Below, in pieces: positions 28,630-33,167 of a DNA stretch of 33,167 nt. The notes below the pieces were generated by a model. It ran no database searches and was not told where the DNA came from. It saw only the letters and a list, made by a program, of their open reading frames with translations. How positions within the stretch are numbered: the first letter of the stretch is position 1; each line of letters begins with the position of its first letter. The stretch lies in assembly GCA_050014495.1 (NCBI GenBank), contig JBEKDF010000031.1, positions 1-33,167 on the forward strand, given 5' to 3'. The stretch is from Candidatus Bathyarchaeia archaeon. Its GTDB lineage: Archaea; Thermoproteota; Bathyarchaeia; TCS64. The translations under genes were made by a program, and so were the position numbers.

Positions 28630-28908
28630 TTGAACGATAAGTCGCTTGGATATTCAATTATGTTGATCACTGCCCTGATAATGATCGGGTACTTCGTCTG
28701 GTCATTCGCCCCCTTCCTGGGATCGATGTTCGCTTGGCTCACTCCCTACGCGGAGTGGGCGTACAAGTTACCGATCCTCGCAGCAGTATATGTAATGCTC
28801 TTCATAGTACTCTGGATCGGGTACACTATGGCTACAACCCCGCCGCCGATCCCACTCGACAACCCCCTAGACCTAGAGAGAGAGGGGGAGAAGGAAGAGA
28901 CAAAGTAG
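28630..28908 (+). CDS. Small two-TM membrane protein (WIGYTMATTPPP motif; DPM2-like)
   Basis: Two hydrophobic helices followed by WIGYTMATTPPP and an acidic tail. It abuts the trm5 stop. Confidence 0.75.
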   Translation: MNDKSLGYSIMLITALIMIGYFVWSFAPFLGSMFAWLTPYAEWAYKLPILAAVYVMLFIVLWIGYTMATTPPPIPLDNPLDLEREGEKEETK

Positions 28909-29754
28909 CTAATTTATCCTCGCGTCGAGTCTAATCTTCAAAGAAGAGGGACTATACTGGGAGACCTTTATGTGGTCGATGATGTCCGCCGTTCTACCTT
29001 GCTTATCGATGTGTGATAGGAGGAGGCGTTCACCTTCGCTGAATGAGTTGTCCCTTGGAGCCCAATGGTAGAAGTGAAGGATCCCACCTGGTTTAACCAT
29101 CGGGATCGCCACGTCGAGGTACTCATAAGCACCTTTTGGAAGAGGCATGAGAACCCTGTCGAACCGCTCACCAAGCGTAGGACAGACATCTCGGACGTCC
29201 CCGAGGATGGCAGTGACTCGATCACTTACCTTATTGAGTCGTATGTTCTCTTCACAATATCTGTGCCCCTCGGGATTGAACTCGACAGCGATACATGATG
29301 CTTTTGGCTGCCTTTTTGCTATGCATATGGCGAAGGGCCCAACACCACTGAACATCACGAGGACTCTCTCTCCAGGGACCACCTGAGAGGCAATCTTCTC
29401 CCTCTCGGTTGATTCCCTCGGGGAGAAGTACACCTTAGCTGGGTCGACCTTGAATACGCAGCCAGACTCCTTGTGTAAGACCTCCATGTTGGGTTCACCG
29501 GCGAGAAGCGTCATTTCACGGACACGGAAGCCACCCTTACGCTCAGTACCTTTCGAGAGCACGCTTTTGACATTTCTCTGGATGCGCATTAATGCCTCGC
29601 CTATTGAGGCCCCATAAGGTTCTAACTCTATGGATACTTCGATGACAGCGACTGCGTGTCCCTTAGAACCTATAATATCGAAGGAACGAGGTACTAGTCC
29701 AATTAATTCTGTTGGTAGAATACCCGACAATTCACTCCGGATGTCCCGTTTCAT
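28909..29754 (-). CDS. tRNA G37 SAM-dependent transferase, Trm5/Taw2 family
   Basis: PRSFDIIG, HKESGCVFKVD, YFSPRESTER, MFSGVGPF and DRVLMPLP. Confidence 0.85.
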   Translation of the reverse strand: MKRDIRSELSGILPTELIGLVPRSFDIIGSKGHAVAVIEVSIELEPYGASIGEALMRIQRNVKSVLSKGTERKGGFRVREMTLLAGEPNMEVLHKESGCVFKVDPAKVYFSPRESTEREKIASQVVPGERVLVMFSGVGPFAICIAKRQPKASCIAVEFNPEGHRYCEENIRLNKVSDRVTAILGDVRDVCPTLGERFDRVLMPLPKGAYEYLDVAIPMVKPGGILHFYHWAPRDNSFSEGERLLLSHIDKQGRTADIIDHIKVSQYSPSSLKIRLDARIN

Positions 29755-29781
29755 AGCCGAACCTGAGTTTATGTGGGGAGG

Positions 29782-30072
29782 CTAATAGATGCTCCTATCC
29801 CCAACCTTCTTGGCGAGTTTACCCCTTACCCGTACCTCAGGTATCTTGAAATTCTCGGGTTCTGAGTCCTCCTGTGTTTTTCTCTTGATGGTTAAGCCAC
29901 AAATCCCGTTGTCGAGAAGCTGGTGTTTGTAGCACACTGTATAGGTGCACTTCGTGGGTTCACACTCCGCTTCCGTCCACTGGCACCAAGTAGATTTACC
30001 TCTGAAGGACATCGCCCTCTTGGTACAGGTAAAATCTCTACACCTAGAATAACAGGGTTGAGCTGATGACAA
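29782..30072 (-). CDS. Cysteine-rich (8 Cys) small hypothetical protein, probably metal-binding
   Basis: MSSAQPCYSRCRDFTC..WCQWTEAECEPTKCTYTVC..GICG. TTG 30072 is preceded by AAGGTG. Confidence 0.7.
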   Translation of the reverse strand: MSSAQPCYSRCRDFTCTKRAMSFRGKSTWCQWTEAECEPTKCTYTVCYKHQLLDNGICGLTIKRKTQEDSEPENFKIPEVRVRGKLAKKVGDRSIY

Positions 30073-30301
30073 AAATATAAGCACCTTCTCTGGCTGAGAC
30101 AGCTTTTTCTAACAAGATTTCCCCAAAGGATTAATTTAAACTTTATCGATAAATATACACATATGAGGGAAAAAACGACTTAATTTACTGAAAATTACGT
30201 CGATTCCTACCAACCATTACATGTTCTACCTGTTCAATTTATTCTATAATGAATCTAAGTTAGCTGGGAAGATCTGATGTGAGTAAGAGTCGAGGGCATG
30301 G

Positions 30302-30934
30302 TCATTTAATTGCTTCTTCGAGCGCCCTAAGGGCATGTTTAAAGTCAGAACTCTTGACGAGAAAACTACCCGATGCGAAGATATTCGCACCGGCTTCCTT
30401 AGCCTTTCTTGCATTCTCTGGGTTCATTGCACCATCGACTTCTATGGGTAATCCTGGGGCAAGCTTTCTCAAGTGCTTCACCGTTTCAAGCGCACCGGAT
30501 ATAAAGGGTGCGCCGTACCTGCCAGGCTCCACAGTCATGACCAAAACCCTGTCCAGATCCATTAAGTACTCCTCGAGAAACTTCATAGGTGTACTGGGAT
30601 TGATTGCAGCTGAGACCTCGTAGCCAAGGTCCCTCGCCATTCCAAGCGCCTTCTTAAAATCATCCGACTCAATGTGGATGATCACCGAATCTACTTTTCC
30701 ACGGAGCTCTTCAAGATAATAAAATGGCTCCTTTACCATGAGGTGAGCCTCATAGTGGAACCCTTTTGGTAGATTGATCTTGAACATTAGGGCCTTCGAG
30801 GGCACAAATTTACCATCCATGAAGTCAAGCATAATCCACTCAACTTTGCCTATTAGGCGGCCCAACATTTCGTCGAGTTCATCCTGACTTCCCGCTATTA
30901 TTGCGGGAAGTACCCTTGTAAACACGGGTGGCAT
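30302..30934 (-). CDS. rpe: Ribulose-phosphate 3-epimerase family
   Basis: DFMDGKFVP, EAHLMV, AINPSTP, VLVMTVEPG, IEVDG and AGANIFASGS. Confidence 0.88.
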   Translation of the reverse strand: MPPVFTRVLPAIIAGSQDELDEMLGRLIGKVEWIMLDFMDGKFVPSKALMFKINLPKGFHYEAHLMVKEPFYYLEELRGKVDSVIIHIESDDFKKALGMARDLGYEVSAAINPSTPMKFLEEYLMDLDRVLVMTVEPGRYGAPFISGALETVKHLRKLAPGLPIEVDGAMNPENARKAKEAGANIFASGSFLVKSSDFKHALRALEEAIK

Positions 30935-31205
30935 ATTGTAGGAGGTGTGATATAGAATCTATCCCAGTGGTCGCAATAATTAGACAGCGAAATGCGGCCA
31001 CTAGCACTAAATTTGACTGCTATGTAACATGCACGAGATAATAGTGAGCCCGTCGACAGCTAGAGCGACGACCTATCACTACTTGCCATCGACCTCAAAC
31101 TCTGGACCGCGAAACTCAGTGTGGGCAAGTTCATCGTTTCAAAAAGTGGATACCTAGAAGCCCTTATCTCTTCTACACTCATATTCGGGGTGTTAGGCGA
31201 CACCC

Positions 31206-32924
31206 TTGAACGCCTCTAAAGCCCTTATGGAGTTACTAAAGGGATATGGTGTCGGTGAGGTTTTTGGCCTCCCCGGTGAGACGACGCTTCCCTGGTATAA
31301 GGAGTGGTCGAGTATCCCCGAAGTCAAACATGTCATGATGAGGGACGAGAGAAGTGCAACCTTTGCTGCAGATGCCTTCGCAAGATTCAGCTATAGACCC
31401 GGTGTGTGTGAGGGGCCCAGCGTAGGAGCTACTCACATGATTCCTGGCGTTGCTGAAGCCTACAAAGCTTCTGTTCCAATGCTAGTTTTCACAAGCGACA
31501 TCCCTCTGCATTACGAGAAGAGAAACACGCTGACGGGTATCGACCAGACAGCGATGTTCGTGGGGATAACGAAGGAAAGTCTCACAGTCACCGAGGCGTC
31601 TGAACTGCCTAACATCATTAGGCGAGCCTTCCGCCTCGCTACCTCGGGGAAGCCGGGACCTGTTCACATTAGGTTCCCAATCGACAAACAGGGTGAGGAG
31701 ATCGGTGACCCGCGCCTATATATCCAGAAAGACTTCAAAACCTACCCGGGTCACCGCCCTGTAGCGGAACTCGCAAAGATAAGCGAGGCTCTCAAGGTCC
31801 TCGGGTTGGCTCAGCGCCCTGTTATCGTCTGTGGGCAGGGGGTTCTCCTGAGCCAAGCTTGGGGGGAGGTGCAGGTAATAGCTGAACTTTTCGGCATTCC
31901 CGTAGGCACCACAATTAACGGAAAGGGCTCTTTCCCCGAGAGCCACCCTCTTAGCATCGGCGTAATCGGTTCTCGGGGAGGTACAGCCTTCAGCAACAAA
32001 GTGATCAACGAGGCCGATACAATATTCTACATTGGCTGCAGCACTGACTCCACTGGCACGGATATGTGGAGGACCCCCAGTCTAGAGACACAAGCAAAGA
32101 TAATTCACTTAGACATAAGCGAAGCGGAGGTCGGAAACAACTACCCAATTGAGGTCGCTCTCATTGGGGATGCAGCTGCGACCCTCCGAGTAATGGTTGA
32201 GGTCGCTGAGAAGCAGGAGAAGAAGGTTCGGAAACTCCCACGCATAAGGGTGATACAGAAAGAGAGAGAGGACTATGACGCTTATGTTCGAGGTCTCATG
32301 TTATCCAATGATGTTCCCATCCACCCACTTAGTTTTGTGAAGGAGCTCGGGGAAGCACTCCCTAAGGATTACGCCATCGTTCAAGATGTCGGCATCGCTG
32401 CAATTTATACGAGTACATTTCTCAAGCAAAGCGAGGCGGGTCGCAAGATGATATTCAACTATGCGATGGGGAGTCTCGGATACGCTATACCCGCTAGCAT
32501 AGGTGCAAGATACGCCCGCCCTAACAGTGTCGTCGTAACCTTAGTTGGAGATGGCAGTTTTGGTTTCACCGCTGGTGAACTCGAGACGGTTGCCAGAGTC
32601 GGTGGCCCGAACCACATAATTCTCTTCAACAACCTCAGCTTCGGTTGGATCAGGGCAGAGTGGCAGCTCAGCTATGGTAAGGAGTACGTCGACTTTGCCA
32701 CCAACTTCAAGCCTGTAGACTACCTTAAGATTGCGGAGGGTTTCGGGTTAGAGGCTACCCGTGTAGAAAAAGCAGACGATCTTGGTCCCACTCTCAAAAG
32801 AAATCTCAAGAAGGTAGAACCAACATTCACCGAGATCATCGTTAAACCCGAGGATAAGCTCGTTCCACCGGTACCGAGTTGGATTAAGAAAGCCGAGAAA
32901 CAGAATATCCCTCACATCCAGTAG
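31206..32924 (+). CDS. Thiamine diphosphate-dependent enzyme (acetolactate synthase large subunit-like)
   Basis: VFGLPG, RDERSA, GKPGPVH, GSLGYAIPASIGA and the GDGSF...NN ThDP motif. Confidence 0.88.
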   Translation: MNASKALMELLKGYGVGEVFGLPGETTLPWYKEWSSIPEVKHVMMRDERSATFAADAFARFSYRPGVCEGPSVGATHMIPGVAEAYKASVPMLVFTSDIPLHYEKRNTLTGIDQTAMFVGITKESLTVTEASELPNIIRRAFRLATSGKPGPVHIRFPIDKQGEEIGDPRLYIQKDFKTYPGHRPVAELAKISEALKVLGLAQRPVIVCGQGVLLSQAWGEVQVIAELFGIPVGTTINGKGSFPESHPLSIGVIGSRGGTAFSNKVINEADTIFYIGCSTDSTGTDMWRTPSLETQAKIIHLDISEAEVGNNYPIEVALIGDAAATLRVMVEVAEKQEKKVRKLPRIRVIQKEREDYDAYVRGLMLSNDVPIHPLSFVKELGEALPKDYAIVQDVGIAAIYTSTFLKQSEAGRKMIFNYAMGSLGYAIPASIGARYARPNSVVVTLVGDGSFGFTAGELETVARVGGPNHIILFNNLSFGWIRAEWQLSYGKEYVDFATNFKPVDYLKIAEGFGLEATRVEKADDLGPTLKRNLKKVEPTFTEIIVKPEDKLVPPVPSWIKKAEKQNIPHIQ

Positions 32925-32979
32925 ATGCCTTAGCCAACGACATCGATCAAATTGATATTATGAGCACTTTAGTAGTAAA

Positions 32980-33007
32980 TGGTGCAGGGGGTGGGGCACC
33001 AACCCGC
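32980..33007 (-). other. Degenerate tRNA 3'-end-like fragment (T arm, acceptor 3' strand, CCA)
   Basis: Minus strand reads GCGGG-TTGGTGC-CCCAC-CCCCTGC-A-CCA, the 5-7-5-7-1-3 layout of a tRNA 3' end. Confidence 0.4.
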
Positions 33008-33047
33008 TTTTACTAGTAAATAAGCAAAACGTGCTGGTAATAGAGGA

Positions 33048-33167
33048 CTAAAACTGTTTGTGCAGATCGACTGAGGCTAAATACTCTCCAACTAGCATCT
33101 TAGATTTTTCTTCTATCTCGCCGTACGTAGAACTACTTCCCCTACAAGTGTCTACGAAATGAAGAGC
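33048..33167 (-). CDS. C-terminal end of an unidentified gene running off the window
   Basis: Open frame ALHFVDTCRGSSSTYGEIEEKSKMLVGEYLASVDLHKQF* ending at TAG 33050-33048. Confidence 0.45.
   Translation of the reverse strand, partial: ALHFVDTCRGSSSTYGEIEEKSKMLVGEYLASVDLHKQF

Noticed and set aside
1..33167. CRISPR arrays, IS elements, complete tRNA or rRNA genes, and selenocysteine or pyrrolysine recoding
   Set aside because: I saw no regular repeat-spacer pattern, transposase or full cloverleaf. The SelB-like protein is the aSelBL type, and no in-frame TGA or TAG interrupts a conserved gene.

Overview
Compact archaeal chromosomal segment, most consistent with a TACK lineage such as Bathyarchaeia. 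That assignment is an inference from the archaeal-type ThrRS, archaeal SAM synthetase, Hel308, short PurA, the SelB-like protein, BRE/TATA promoters and many TTG/GTG starts. The window holds about 30 genes: translation and tRNA functions (aSelBL, thrS, a separate ThrRS editing domain, Dph6, Trm5, a YbaK pseudogene), a catabolic block (kynureninase-like, frameshifted LUD, GGT, Fe-ADH, LctD/GlcD with EtfAB), purA and purB, grpE-dnaK-dnaJ, DNA repair (AlkA, Hel308, Nth), mat, rpe and a ThDP enzyme. I saw no rRNA, complete tRNA, CRISPR array or transposase. The most interesting signals are: (1) an archaeal ThrRS cleanly split into a catalytic gene and a minimal editing-domain gene about 7 kb apart; (2) a structured ~145-nt leader with a uORF in front of thrS; (3) a DPM2-like membrane microprotein; (4) a putative electron-bifurcating Ldh/Etf operon; (5) a degenerate tRNA 3' end flanked by twin palindromes, possibly an att scar; and (6) recurrent intergenic (GC)n tracts. 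All family calls come from motif recognition by eye; no searches were run.
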